Assembly: GCA_965248575.1 (NCBI GenBank) | Contig: CBDFJQ010000002.1 | Location: 2,176,001-2,240,000 of the forward strand | Direction: 5' to 3' | DNA: 64,000 bases | Source: Planctomycetota bacterium | GTDB taxonomy: Bacteria; Planctomycetota; B15-G4 | Shown: one piece after another, positions 10,068 through 20,180 of the stretch | Position numbering within the stretch: position 1 is the stretch's first letter | Layout: every line of letters starts with the position of its first letter | The notes under the pieces: generated by a model | What the model was told of the DNA's origin: nothing | Database searches by the model: none | The model's input: the letters and a program-made list of their open reading frames with translations, nothing else | Position numbers and translations under genes: made by a program

Positions 10068-10666
10068 GACGCGCCCCCCTTCAGCCAGGCCTCGAGCAAC
10101 CCCAAGCCGAAGCGACCGGACAACTCCGGGTGGAATTGGCACGCGAGCAGGGAACCGCGTTCGAAGGCCGCCACGAAGGGCGCGCCGTGCACGGCCCGGG
10201 CGCAGGCGAGGTCGGGAGGCACCGATTCGAAGCGGTAGGAGTTGGCAAAGTACACGGCTCCATCGCTCAGCATCCGGCACGACGGCTCGGCCTCGATCTG
10301 ATTCCAACCGAGTTGGGGCACGCGCAGCTCGCTCGGGAAGCGCCGCGCCACCGCATCCACGACGCCCAGGCCCTGGACGTCGGGGCTCTCCTCGCTGGCG
10401 CTGCCCAACAGCTGCATGCCCAGGCAGATGCAGAGGGTGGGCAAGCCCTCGGCGATGCGCTGCCGCAGGGGTTCCACGAGCTGCTTCTGTTCCAGCTCGG
10501 TCATGGCGGCCGCGAAGGCGCCCACGCCGGGCAGCACCAGGTGCGTGGCCGTGGCCACCTCCTGGGGTGAGTCCGTGAGCCGGGGCGTGGCGCCGGCGCG
10601 CTCCAGCCCTGCCAGGACGGACGCCGTGTTCGCCGTCCCCGTCTTGACCACCAGCACGTCGGTCAC
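10061..10666 (-). CDS. hisH: imidazole glycerol phosphate synthase glutaminase subunit
   Basis: LPGVGAF, ICLGMQ, QFHPE; GTG start overlaps the hisB stop. Confidence 0.95.
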   Translation of the reverse strand: MTDVLVVKTGTANTASVLAGLERAGATPRLTDSPQEVATATHLVLPGVGAFAAAMTELEQKQLVEPLRQRIAEGLPTLCICLGMQLLGSASEESPDVQGLGVVDAVARRFPSELRVPQLGWNQIEAEPSCRMLSDGAVYFANSYRFESVPPDLACARAVHGAPFVAAFERGSLLACQFHPELSGRFGLGLLEAWLKGGASS

Positions 10667-11250
10667 AGCACGCCCTTCGTGCTGGGCACCCCCTGGCTGC
10701 CGTCCCGGCGGACGGCGCGTCGCAGGGCCAGGGCCGTCGCCTTGAAGGCCGCCTCCGCCATGTGGTGGTCGTTGGTGCCGCTCAGCAGGCGGACGTGCAG
10801 GGTCATGTGGGCCGCCATGGCCAGGGACTGCAACACATGGCTCACGTTCTCCGCGGCGAGGGTGCCCAACATCGGCCGCTGCAGGGGGACCTCCACGGAC
10901 GCAAAGGGACGCCCGCTGAGGTCCACCACCGCCCGGGCCAAGGCCTCGTCCAGGGGCGTGAACGCCCAACCGAAGCGCTGGATCCCACGCTTGTCACCCA
11001 GGGCCTGCTCCAGGGCCTCGCCCAGGGCGAGGGCGCAGTCTTCCGCTGTGTGGTGGTCGCTCACGTGCAGGTCGCCCGTACACGCCAGCTCCAGGTCGAA
11101 GCGCGCATGCTTCGTCAGCGCCTCCAGCATGTGGTCGAGGAAACCGATGCCCGTGTCGATCTGCGCCGCGCCGGAACCGTCGAGATTCAACGCGAGGCGG
11201 ATCTGCGTCTCCTTGGTGCTGCGTTCGACGCTGGCGGTGCGGTCGTTCAT
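10663..11250 (-). CDS. hisB: imidazoleglycerol-phosphate dehydratase (monofunctional)
   Basis: RSTKETQI, GIGFLDHML, DHHTAED, NDHHMAEAAFKA, PSTKGVL. Confidence 0.95.
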   Translation of the reverse strand: MNDRTASVERSTKETQIRLALNLDGSGAAQIDTGIGFLDHMLEALTKHARFDLELACTGDLHVSDHHTAEDCALALGEALEQALGDKRGIQRFGWAFTPLDEALARAVVDLSGRPFASVEVPLQRPMLGTLAAENVSHVLQSLAMAAHMTLHVRLLSGTNDHHMAEAAFKATALALRRAVRRDGSQGVPSTKGVL

Positions 11251-12998
11251 GGAAGCAAGCCTACGAGGTCTGAAGGGTCGGACAAGACGCGCCCCGCGCC
11301 GGCGCTCAAGAGAGCGTGAACCATGGAGTCGGCTTCCTGTTCCGGCCCCGGCACCGAACCGAGGTCGCAGGGTGCCGCCAGCCCCAGGGGCAAGACCCGT
11401 GCCGCTCGGGCGGAACGCACATCGTCCGGCGTGTCGCCCAGCATCCAGGCGCGCTCCACACCGAGCTGCTGCAGGGCGAGGGCCACCGGCTCGGGGCTCG
11501 GCTTGGGGGCCGCCTCCCCCATGCACACGGTGGCCGTGAAGACCCCGCTCAGCTCGTGGGTGTCGAGGAAGTGCTGCATGTCTGCCCGGGGGCGCCCGGT
11601 GACCACGGCGCAGGGCAGGCGGGCCGCCAGGTCCAGCAGCGTCTGGCGCGGCATGAGCAAGGTCTCCCTGTCTCTCAAGCCAGGCTTCATGGCGCTGCCC
11701 TGATAGGCGCGCTCGAAGCGCTCCGTCACCTCGTCCAGGCTCAGCTCCACACCGCGCTCAGCGAGCAGGCGTCGGGTGAGGACCCAGTCGTTGTTGGCGT
11801 CCCCGGCGACCTTGGCCGCCGTGATGTCCTGCGCGCTGAGCACCACGCCAAAGCTGGCAGCCGTGTCCAGGATGGCCTGGCGATAGGAGTCGGACACATC
11901 GGCCAGCACGCCGTCCATGTCGAACAGCAGGCCCTGGGGCTGGTAGACGGTGCGCAGGGCGTGCTCGAGGCGCGCGTAGTCCAAAGCGTTGCCAGGGCAG
12001 GAGATGCGCACCGCGTGTTGCAAGACCTCGACACCGGGGAAGGCCCGCACACCGATGCCCAGGCCGGCCATGGCGTCCCGCAACCAGACCGAGTCCGCGC
12101 CGTCCGAGAGGATGAAGTTGGCGGCGCTCTCTTGGGGGCGGAGGCCCAACTCGCTCAAGAGTGCCTGCAGATCGCTGCGCTCCTGATGCACCTGCCCCAC
12201 GTGGGCGCGGAAGCTCTCGGCGGGGCGGCTCATCTGGTCCAGGGCGAGGGCCACCGAGGGGCCGGACACCGGGTAGGGGCTGCCCGCCGCCGCCAGGACA
12301 TCGATCAACTCGCGCCGGGCCACGGCGAAGCCCAGGCGCAGGCCGGCCAAGCCGTAGGCCTTGCTCAGCGAGCGGGTGACCACGACGTTCGGGTGCTGCA
12401 CCGCGCGGGCGGTGAAGTCCTCACCGCCATATTCCACATAGGCGTGGTCCACCAGCACGACGGCATGGGGTGCTGCGGCCAGGACCTGGTCCAGGTCGTC
12501 CGCCGTGGCAACAGCCCCGGTGGGATTGTTGGGTGTCACCAGGGCGACCACGCCGGTCTCGGGGGTGATGGCCTCCAACACCGCCTGCACGGGGTAGGGG
12601 CCGGAGGGCCAGGGCACCGACACCACCTGCGAACCCAGGATTGCCGGGTAGCGCGTGAGCATCTCGAAGGTGGGCTCGGGCAGCACCATGTGCCGCTCCC
12701 GGTCGAGGAAGGCCCGGGCCACGCGGTCGAGGGCGTCGTCCGCCCCGGCGGTGACGAGCACCTCCTCCGGGCAGACCCCTAGGCGCTTCGCCAGCAGCAC
12801 TTCCAGCGGCTGCTTGCTGGGGTAGAGGCGCAGGAGTTCTGCCTCGCGCCCGGCCAGCCGTCCGATCAGGTCGTCCGCAGGCAGCATGCCCTCGTTGCCG
12901 TCCAGGCGCAGGTCCACCGGCGTCGGCGAACGGGGCACGCGATAGGCCACGAGCTGCGCCACACCTGCCGTGGGCCGAAGGGCGCCAGCGTTCTTCAC
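11247..12998 (-). CDS. hisC: histidinol-phosphate aminotransferase fused to a C-terminal HAD phosphatase
   Basis: LDGNE, PNNPTG, DHAY, RSLSKAYGLAGLR, followed by FDMDGVLAD, VTGRP, KPSPEP, GDTPDD. Confidence 0.9.
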   Translation of the reverse strand: MKNAGALRPTAGVAQLVAYRVPRSPTPVDLRLDGNEGMLPADDLIGRLAGREAELLRLYPSKQPLEVLLAKRLGVCPEEVLVTAGADDALDRVARAFLDRERHMVLPEPTFEMLTRYPAILGSQVVSVPWPSGPYPVQAVLEAITPETGVVALVTPNNPTGAVATADDLDQVLAAAPHAVVLVDHAYVEYGGEDFTARAVQHPNVVVTRSLSKAYGLAGLRLGFAVARRELIDVLAAAGSPYPVSGPSVALALDQMSRPAESFRAHVGQVHQERSDLQALLSELGLRPQESAANFILSDGADSVWLRDAMAGLGIGVRAFPGVEVLQHAVRISCPGNALDYARLEHALRTVYQPQGLLFDMDGVLADVSDSYRQAILDTAASFGVVLSAQDITAAKVAGDANNDWVLTRRLLAERGVELSLDEVTERFERAYQGSAMKPGLRDRETLLMPRQTLLDLAARLPCAVVTGRPRADMQHFLDTHELSGVFTATVCMGEAAPKPSPEPVALALQQLGVERAWMLGDTPDDVRSARAARVLPLGLAAPCDLGSVPGPEQEADSMVHALLSAGAGRVLSDPSDLVGLLP

Positions 12999-13870
12999 GG
13001 CACGATTTGAGAGGGGCGCGTCACCACGAGGTCCGTCCCCCCACGTTCCTTCACGAGGGGGATCAGGGCCGGCAGTTCGTGGCGCGGCACAGCCACCCGC
13101 ACCGCGAAGGCCCGCGCCTCCTGCAGGGGCGACACGGTGGGCGCACGCAAGCCCGGCAGAAGCTCCAGCAGATGGGCCAGCTTCTCCTCGCTCACGTTCA
13201 CCTCGAGCATCAGCTTGTCCCGGGCGTCGAGCACCGACTGCAGCAGGAGCACCAGGCTCTCGATGCGGCCGCGCTTCCCCGGGTCGTCCATCACCCGCGG
13301 GTTGACGTAGAGGCAGGAGGAGGAGGTCATGAGCTCGTCGACGATGGCGAGGTCGTTGGCCTGCAGGGTGGAACCGGTGGCGGTGTTGTCCACGATCAGG
13401 CTGGCGTCCTCCGGCGGGAAGACCTCCGTGGCGCCATGCGAGTGAACGAAGGTGTCGCCCATCCCCCGCTTGTCCATCCAGTCGCGAGTCAGGCGTTCGT
13501 ACTCCGAGGCCACCACCAAGGGACGCTTCGGCAGCTTGCCGTTCTCGAGGATCTCCACCGGAGCCGCCGCCACCAAGCGCACGGGGTTCAAGCCGGTGTC
13601 GAGCAGCTGGACGAGATCCACCTGGTGCTCCGCCACCCAGTCCTTGCCCGCGAAGCCCAGGTCCCGGGAACCCGCGTGCAACATCTCCACGATGTTCTGG
13701 GGCTTGAGCAGTTTGACTTCGTAGCCGGGGATCGAGAAGACCGGCCGGTAGTTCCGCTCGCCCGCCAGGAGGTCAATGCCGGCATCCCGCAGCAGGGCGG
13801 TGACGCCCTCCTGCAAACGCCCTTTGGGGAGCGCGAAACGGAGCGTCGAGGCTGTGTTCTTGGAGTCCAT
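12995..13870 (-). CDS. hisG: ATP phosphoribosyltransferase, long form
   Basis: ALPKGRL, GATE, IVDNTATGSTL, and a C-terminal PGLRAPTVSPL regulatory domain. Confidence 0.95.
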   Translation of the reverse strand: MDSKNTASTLRFALPKGRLQEGVTALLRDAGIDLLAGERNYRPVFSIPGYEVKLLKPQNIVEMLHAGSRDLGFAGKDWVAEHQVDLVQLLDTGLNPVRLVAAAPVEILENGKLPKRPLVVASEYERLTRDWMDKRGMGDTFVHSHGATEVFPPEDASLIVDNTATGSTLQANDLAIVDELMTSSSCLYVNPRVMDDPGKRGRIESLVLLLQSVLDARDKLMLEVNVSEEKLAHLLELLPGLRAPTVSPLQEARAFAVRVAVPRHELPALIPLVKERGGTDLVVTRPSQIVP

Positions 13871-14075
13871 GAAGGAACCCTACTACGCTGCGCAGGGGCA
13901 GGCACGGGATCCGGGCCACTTCCGGCCAGAAACCCGGGCCCCTTTCAGGGTGCGCCGGCCGCGGGCCCGCCGTCCGCCGACTGCTCCATGGAAACTCCTC
14001 CGACCAGCACGGATGCTCCACGGTCCGGGCCCCGGCCCAGCTCCACCCGCTGATCACGAACCTGGGAGCAGCAGC

Positions 14076-14795
14076 ATGAGTTGGAAGGCTTCGACGCAGG
14101 TCCGCACGTGGCATCGCTGGCTCTCCATCGTGGTGGGACTGCAGCTCTTGTTGTGGACGCTCAGCGGCCTCGTCATGACCTGGGTGCCCATCGCCGAGGT
14201 GCGCGGTGAGCACCTCGTCGCCGAGCTCGACTCAGCTGAGTGGCCAGGGGAACATGCTCCGCCCGCTCTGACCCCTCCCGCTCTGCTCCCCACCGGCACC
14301 ACCCAGCTGCGCCTCGCCCGCCTGCGGGCTCGCTGGGTGTGGCACGCCTTGGACAGCGGCTCGGCGACGCTGGCGCTCTGGGACGCGACGGACGGCAGCG
14401 CCATGACTCCGATGACGGAGGAGCAGGCGTCCGTGCAGGCGCAGCGACTCTTCGCGGGGGACGGACAGGTCAGCTCGACCCAGTGGACCACCGAAGCGCC
14501 CTTGGAGTACCGCGGCCAACCGGTCCCCGTCTGGCGGGTGCAGTTCGACGATGAGGAGCAGTCGGCGCTCTACTTGGACCCCCTGACGGGTGAGCTGCGC
14601 AAACTGCGCACGGACACCTGGAGGCGCTTCGACTTCTTCTGGATGCTGCACATCATGGACTACGAGCAGCGCACGGACTTCAACCACCCGCTGCTCCAGG
14701 TGGCCGCTGGCTTTGGAGTCACGACCGCCCTGACAGGACTTTGGCTGGCGGTGCTGGTGCTGCGCTCGCGGCGACGTCAAGCCGCGGGAATCTGA
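14076..14795 (+). CDS. PepSY-associated TM domain protein
   Basis: RTWHRWL...LWTLSGL at the N-terminus; YLDPLTGE; WRRFDFFWMLHIMDY. Confidence 0.8.
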   Translation: MSWKASTQVRTWHRWLSIVVGLQLLLWTLSGLVMTWVPIAEVRGEHLVAELDSAEWPGEHAPPALTPPALLPTGTTQLRLARLRARWVWHALDSGSATLALWDATDGSAMTPMTEEQASVQAQRLFAGDGQVSSTQWTTEAPLEYRGQPVPVWRVQFDDEEQSALYLDPLTGELRKLRTDTWRRFDFFWMLHIMDYEQRTDFNHPLLQVAAGFGVTTALTGLWLAVLVLRSRRRQAAGI

Positions 14796-14799
14796 GCCC

Positions 14800-15927
14800 A
14801 TGCGAATCGGTCTCGACTACTGGCCTGCCACCACTCACGCCCCCGGCGTGGGGCGCTACGCCCGGGAGCTGACTCGCGCCCTCGCGGGCTTGCCTCAGCT
14901 CGGACCCACGGAGGGACACGGCCTCTCGCTGCTGGAGTTTGGCCTGGGTGCCCAAACCGTCGGCGAGCTCGGCCTGGACCCGACCCAAGTTTCCGTTCGT
15001 CGTCGTCGCGTCTTGCTGCCCCGACGCCTGATGGGCGCAACTTGGATTCCCGCGGCCGACACACTGTGTGGTTCCGTCGATCTCTTTCATCACATCGTGC
15101 CGGGGCTGGCCCGTGTGCGGCGCGCCGCCCAGTGCATCACCCTGTCGGAGATCCCAGCGGAGGGCAGCGCGGCCGCCGCTCGCCTCACGCAAGCCCTCCA
15201 GCCCATGGATGCGGTCTTCGTCTTCTGTGAAGCTGCTGCCCAGGAGGCGGCCGCCAGCCTGGGCGTTCCTACCGAGCGTCTGCGGGTGGTGCCCGTGGGT
15301 TGCGACCACTGGAGCCGCGAGCCCGCCCCCCACGACGAACGCGAGAGCACGTCGGGCTCAGAGGAGGCCCCCGTGCTGCTGGTGCTCGGAACCCCACAGG
15401 CGCGCCGACAACCCGAACGGATCCTGGACGCCTTCCGGGTGCTGCGCGAGCGGGGTGTTTCCTGCCGCCTGAGGTTCGTCGGCGGTGCCGAGCCCACACC
15501 CGGCCCGGTGTCACAGGCCGTGGCAACCCGCGAGGACGTCTGCCACGACCTGCCCCATGAGCGAGACCTGCCGGCCGTGGTCCGCAGCAGCTCGGCGCTC
15601 GTGCACCTTCACCTGGCGGAAGCGACGGCAGTCACGCCCTTGGAAGCCTTCTCCTTCGGGTTGCCCGTGGTGGCGTCCGACCTTCCAGCCTTCCGTGAGG
15701 CCCTCGGGGGCGAAGCTCTGCTCACCCCACAGGCCGCGCCTTCTGCGGGTGACGGCTCGGGCAGAGCAGCTTCGTCGGGTTCAGAGGCCTTCGCTGACCT
15801 GCTGGAACAAGCGCTCGCCAGTTCCCGCGACGAGCAGGCCTGCGACAGGAGGCGCAAGCTGGCGGCGGGATACAGCTGGGAGCGCAGCGCCGAGGCCACC
15901 TGGGCAGCCTGGGGCAGCCTGATCTGA
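14800..15927 (+). CDS. glycosyltransferase family 4 (GT-B)
   Basis: MRIGLD, GVGRY, PLEAFSFGLPVVASD, YSWERSA. Confidence 0.85.
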   Translation: MRIGLDYWPATTHAPGVGRYARELTRALAGLPQLGPTEGHGLSLLEFGLGAQTVGELGLDPTQVSVRRRRVLLPRRLMGATWIPAADTLCGSVDLFHHIVPGLARVRRAAQCITLSEIPAEGSAAAARLTQALQPMDAVFVFCEAAAQEAAASLGVPTERLRVVPVGCDHWSREPAPHDERESTSGSEEAPVLLVLGTPQARRQPERILDAFRVLRERGVSCRLRFVGGAEPTPGPVSQAVATREDVCHDLPHERDLPAVVRSSSALVHLHLAEATAVTPLEAFSFGLPVVASDLPAFREALGGEALLTPQAAPSAGDGSGRAASSGSEAFADLLEQALASSRDEQACDRRRKLAAGYSWERSAEATWAAWGSLI

Positions 15928-15989
15928 TCGGTCCGCAGAATCGGCTGCGCGCAGGTAGGATGCGGGGCCCGCAAACGGAGCCAGCCCCC

Positions 15990-17792
15990 ATGCACACCTC
16001 CCATCGACCCGTGTCTCTGACCCGGAGCTGCCTGATCCCTTGCTGCCTGACCCTGGTCTTCAGCTTCGTCATCAGTTCGACGGTCGAGGCCCAGGTGTCC
16101 GCGGACCAACCCCAGGACTATCAGGTGACGCGCTCCGCGCGAAAGGCTCTGGTGGGGATGAAGGCCACGGTGCTACACGGCGGCACGGCCAGCGCCTACC
16201 ACGTGCGCCTCGACGACGAGCAGCGGCAGCGCTTGCAACGCCTCGGCTTCGACGTGCAGCCCCTGCCCCCCGGGGAAGCAGACGAAGGCGTGCAGGAAGG
16301 TGGCTACACGTCCTATGCGCAAATGCGCAGCGACTTCGTGCAGTACGCCGCGACCTACCCGGACATCGCACGCTTCGTCGTCTTGGGCGAGACCGTCCAG
16401 GGTCGCGACCTCTTTGCACTGCGCATCACGGACAACCCCCAGAAGGAAGAAGCCGAACCCGAGCTTTTGTTCTGCGGCTCGATCCACGGCGATGAGTTCG
16501 CCAGTGGAGAGGTGCCCTACCTCTACGCCATGCGGCTGCTGGACGAGTACGGCAGCGACCCGGACATCACCGCCTGGGTGGACAGCACCGAGATCTGGTG
16601 CGTGCCCCTGGTGAACCCCGACGGGCACGCCAACGGCACCCGCAACAACGCCAACAACGTCGACCTCAACCGGGACTACGGGCATCAATGGGACGGTTGG
16701 GGCAACAGCCCCAGCGCCTACTCCCAGCCCGAGAGCAAGGCCATGCGCGCGTTCTTCCGGGCGAACAACTTCTCGCTCGTCGCGACGATGCACTGCACCG
16801 GCAACGTCCTGTTCTATCCATGGGGCTTCAGCCCGTGGAATGCCACGGACCTCTCGACCATCAACCGGGTCGGCCTGCGCTACACCCAAGCGGCGAACTA
16901 CGCCTTGAGCAACTCCTGGGCCGACTATGAGACCCATGGCGAGGTACTCGACGACATCTATGGCAGCCACGGCGCCCTCTGCTACACGGTGGAGATGAGC
17001 AACACCCTCGGAGCCTTGCCCACCACCTACACGCGCAACCGCGATGGCATGGATGCTTTCTGCGCCTCCATGAACGATGGCCTGCACATTGAGGTCACGG
17101 ATGCGCGCACCGGGCTTCCCCTGCGTGCAGCCATTCGCGTGTCCGGCAGCCAGGTTCCGAGCTTCACGGACCCCATCCGCGGTGATGCCCACCGCATCGT
17201 CCTGCCCGGGACCTACGAGGTCACGGTCTCGGCCAACGGCCACCGCTCCAGCGTGATCAGCAATGTCGTGGTGGCGGCTGGCGCACCGGCCCAACTGCAG
17301 GTTGCCCTCAAGCGCGGCGCCGGGGACACGGCCTTCGAGGTGGTGGCCGTGAACCAGCGCGACCCTCAGAACAACTTCGACAACGTCACCGCTCCCTTCC
17401 AGGCCTTGGGCCCGGCAGACGGCGTCCCCTGCTCCCTGGGCGCTGAGGGCTGGATCGTGCTCGACCTGGGCGCCGGGCACGAGGTGCACGATGGCCCAGG
17501 CGTGGATCTGCTGGTCACCGAGGCAGCCGTCCCTGGCGACATGCTGCCGGAGAACTACCAGGTCTTCGTGGGGGATGTGGACAGCCAGACCGTGTTGGTG
17601 GCCAGCGGCCAGGGCACAACGGGCTTCGATCTGGCAGGCACAGGCGTCAGCAGTGCACGCTTTGTCCGCATCGTGGATGCCTCCGGCGCTGCTCCAACGG
17701 GAGCCTATCCCGGCATGGATCTGGACGCAGTGCGGGTGCTCAACGGCCCGACACTCGTTCCGGACGATGCCGCCGCCAAGACGGCGCCCTAG
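15990..17792 (+). CDS. secreted M14 zinc carboxypeptidase with accessory C-terminal domains
   Basis: IHGDE, NPDG, DLNRD, TMH, YTVE; signal peptide; carboxypeptidase-regulatory-like domain follows. Confidence 0.88.
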   Translation: MHTSHRPVSLTRSCLIPCCLTLVFSFVISSTVEAQVSADQPQDYQVTRSARKALVGMKATVLHGGTASAYHVRLDDEQRQRLQRLGFDVQPLPPGEADEGVQEGGYTSYAQMRSDFVQYAATYPDIARFVVLGETVQGRDLFALRITDNPQKEEAEPELLFCGSIHGDEFASGEVPYLYAMRLLDEYGSDPDITAWVDSTEIWCVPLVNPDGHANGTRNNANNVDLNRDYGHQWDGWGNSPSAYSQPESKAMRAFFRANNFSLVATMHCTGNVLFYPWGFSPWNATDLSTINRVGLRYTQAANYALSNSWADYETHGEVLDDIYGSHGALCYTVEMSNTLGALPTTYTRNRDGMDAFCASMNDGLHIEVTDARTGLPLRAAIRVSGSQVPSFTDPIRGDAHRIVLPGTYEVTVSANGHRSSVISNVVVAAGAPAQLQVALKRGAGDTAFEVVAVNQRDPQNNFDNVTAPFQALGPADGVPCSLGAEGWIVLDLGAGHEVHDGPGVDLLVTEAAVPGDMLPENYQVFVGDVDSQTVLVASGQGTTGFDLAGTGVSSARFVRIVDASGAAPTGAYPGMDLDAVRVLNGPTLVPDDAAAKTAP

Positions 17793-17996
17793 GCCAACAC
17801 ACGGCCCCGAATGGCCAGCCAAGCGTCTACTGGCCGACGCGTCGGGAGACTCCCAGCGCCGGAGACTCTCATCACCCCCGCTCGCGGGGTAGCATGAATG
17901 GGTGGTGTTGGCTCCCGAATGCCCCTCCACCCAACTCTGCGGACCGAGTTCGCCGCTTACGACATCCCGCCCATGGACTCCCGCCAGGATTCCCCC

Positions 17997-19037
17997 ATGC
18001 GTTTCACTGCCAGCCTGCTCCTCGCTCTCACGTCGCTCGCCCTGCTCGCCCCAGGCAGCGACGCCCAGGTCATCACCCTGCCGCTGGCCGACTACAACGG
18101 CAGCCTCAAGCTCGGCATCGTCTGCAGCGACGGCAGCAAGAGCAAGCTGAAGACCAAGGGTGCCGTCACCATCGAGTCCCAGGTGGGCGCCAACTTCGTC
18201 GCCAGCGCCGAACTGCTCGGCAAGAAGTCGGGCGCAGACTGCACGGTGACTCTCGACCTCACAGGCGCCGTGAACATGTTCGGCCGCGTGCAAGGCACCT
18301 ACACCAGCAGCATCGCGTGCAGCGACGGCAGCATGTCCACCGGCTTCGGCACCTTCGACGGGCAGTACCTCCCCGGCAAGCTCGCCGTGAGCTTCGATGG
18401 TGAGGACGACGCGGGGCGCGGGGATGCCTGCATCGTCGTGGCGAAGTTCAAGGGCAAGGGCTCCCCCGGCAACGCACTCTGTGCGGCGCTCACCCAACGC
18501 GCCATCGGCAAGCTCAGCAAGCAGTTCTACGGCGCATGGTCGAAACGCATCAAGCTCGCGAACATCCCGGCCACGGTCCAGGTGTTGCAGGCGGCCATTG
18601 CCAAGGCCGAGGCCGGCTTCACCAAGGCCGCCACCAAGGCCCAGGCCAAGTCGGACAAAGCCGGGGGTACCTGCGCAAAGCCCCTCACCAACCCGGTCAT
18701 GCTGACCACCGCGCTCAAGAGCAGCACCATCGACCCCATGATCCAGGGCTTCAACGTCAATTCGCCCGGCGACCGTTTCGTGCGCGGCAAGATCGCCAAG
18801 ATGCAGGGCCAGTACTTCGTCTCCCGCCTCAAGGCTGAGACGGTCTTCGGCCTGAAGCTCAACCCCATCAAGTTGGCGGCGTCCTTGCAGAAGGCCCGGG
18901 ACAAGTTCGTGAACGACGTCACGAAGGTCCTGACCAAGGCCACGAACCAGGGCTTCAACTGGAACGGCATTGGCCCCCAGCTCATGGCCGACGACACCGA
19001 GACGCTCGTGGACCAGCTGGTCGTCTTCTACAAGTAG
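17997..19037 (+). CDS. secreted hypothetical protein
   Basis: Signal peptide MRFTASLLLALTSLALLAPGSDA; strong G/C bias at third codon positions. Confidence 0.8.
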   Translation: MRFTASLLLALTSLALLAPGSDAQVITLPLADYNGSLKLGIVCSDGSKSKLKTKGAVTIESQVGANFVASAELLGKKSGADCTVTLDLTGAVNMFGRVQGTYTSSIACSDGSMSTGFGTFDGQYLPGKLAVSFDGEDDAGRGDACIVVAKFKGKGSPGNALCAALTQRAIGKLSKQFYGAWSKRIKLANIPATVQVLQAAIAKAEAGFTKAATKAQAKSDKAGGTCAKPLTNPVMLTTALKSSTIDPMIQGFNVNSPGDRFVRGKIAKMQGQYFVSRLKAETVFGLKLNPIKLAASLQKARDKFVNDVTKVLTKATNQGFNWNGIGPQLMADDTETLVDQLVVFYK

Positions 19038-19202
19038 GCGCGCCGAGGCGACGAGCCGCTCAGGCGCCACGCCAGGTGCGCCGCGGACAGCGGCCCGTGC
19101 GATCCGGTCCCGACCCGTGCTGCTCTGCACCTCGCAGCGAGGTCTCACAGGAATGCTCGCGAACGCAGACAGGGGACTTCTCGTGATGGCATCATCTGCG
19201 CC

Positions 19203-20174
19203 ATGAGCCTTCCCCCCGCCGAACCGCCGCAGGCCAGCGTCGAGCAGACCTCTCCCCCCGCGCTCTCCACGATGTCCTTCTCGGTCATCCTGGCCATCCT
19301 GCTAGGCATCTTCGTGTTCCTGCATCCGCTGTGGGAGCCCATGGCCATGGAGCAGATGGATGAGAACATCCTCTGGTCCTACTACCCCATCCCGCTGCTG
19401 GTGCTCGTCGGGCTGGCCCGGGAGCGCAAGCTCAATGGCATCTCCTGGGCGCTCGAGACCCTCAAGCTGACGCTGGTGAAGTTCGCCATCACCTTCCTGT
19501 TCGCCAACACCATGTGGGCCTACTTCACCGAGGCCCCGAGCGTGCAGCCCAGCGAGGCCCAACCCAGCCTCAGCTCCGCCGCTGAACACCCCTTCCACGC
19601 CCGCCAGCCACCAGAGGCCACAGCCCTCGATCCGCAAGACACCGGCCTCCTGAGCGGTCGTGTCCTGGACGCCTCCGGCTCCCCCCTCGCTGGCAGCCTG
19701 ATCTTCATTACCGAGGGCCTCGAAGGCACCACCTGGGCAGCGCCTGAACAGTCGGTGCATCTCGCCTTGGGCGCCTCCGGGTTCAGCCCCAGCTTCGACA
19801 TCGTCCAGACTTTCCAGACGCTGAGCTTGAGCTCGTCCGACGAGGCCATGCACACCGCGCAGGCCACAGGCAACGACGGCAAGATGCTCTTCAACTACCC
19901 CGTGCTCCCAGGCTCGGGCCGCGTGCTGATGTTCGATCATCAATTGGGCATGGTCGAGTTGAGCTGCCGCGCCCACGACACCGAACAGGCCCGGGTGCTG
20001 GTCCTGGCCCACCCCTTCTTCGCGCGTACGGACGCCAGCGGAACGTTCCGTTTTGAAGGCGTCCCGGCGGGGCCGTTGAGCCTGACCGTCGAACTTCCGA
20101 GCGGCGAGCTGGCAATGCGCGAGCTCGAACTGGCAGCTGGCAACCTGGAACCCATGGACTGGCAGCTCCCCTGA
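19203..20174 (+). CDS. membrane protein with carboxypeptidase-regulatory-like domain
   Basis: Three N-terminal TM segments; GRVLD...G; HPFFARTDASGTFRFEGVPAG. Confidence 0.7.
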   Translation: MSLPPAEPPQASVEQTSPPALSTMSFSVILAILLGIFVFLHPLWEPMAMEQMDENILWSYYPIPLLVLVGLARERKLNGISWALETLKLTLVKFAITFLFANTMWAYFTEAPSVQPSEAQPSLSSAAEHPFHARQPPEATALDPQDTGLLSGRVLDASGSPLAGSLIFITEGLEGTTWAAPEQSVHLALGASGFSPSFDIVQTFQTLSLSSSDEAMHTAQATGNDGKMLFNYPVLPGSGRVLMFDHQLGMVELSCRAHDTEQARVLVLAHPFFARTDASGTFRFEGVPAGPLSLTVELPSGELAMRELELAAGNLEPMDWQLP

Positions 20175-20180
20175 GGTCCC

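Noticed and set aside
13871..14075. His attenuator or leader peptide upstream of hisG
   Set aside because: No His-codon run or terminator with a U tract seen; the region is a divergent intergenic spacer.
16173..19148. 991 aa minus-strand ORF
   Set aside because: Antisense shadow of the carboxypeptidase and the next gene; such shadows are common in high-GC DNA and it has no motifs.
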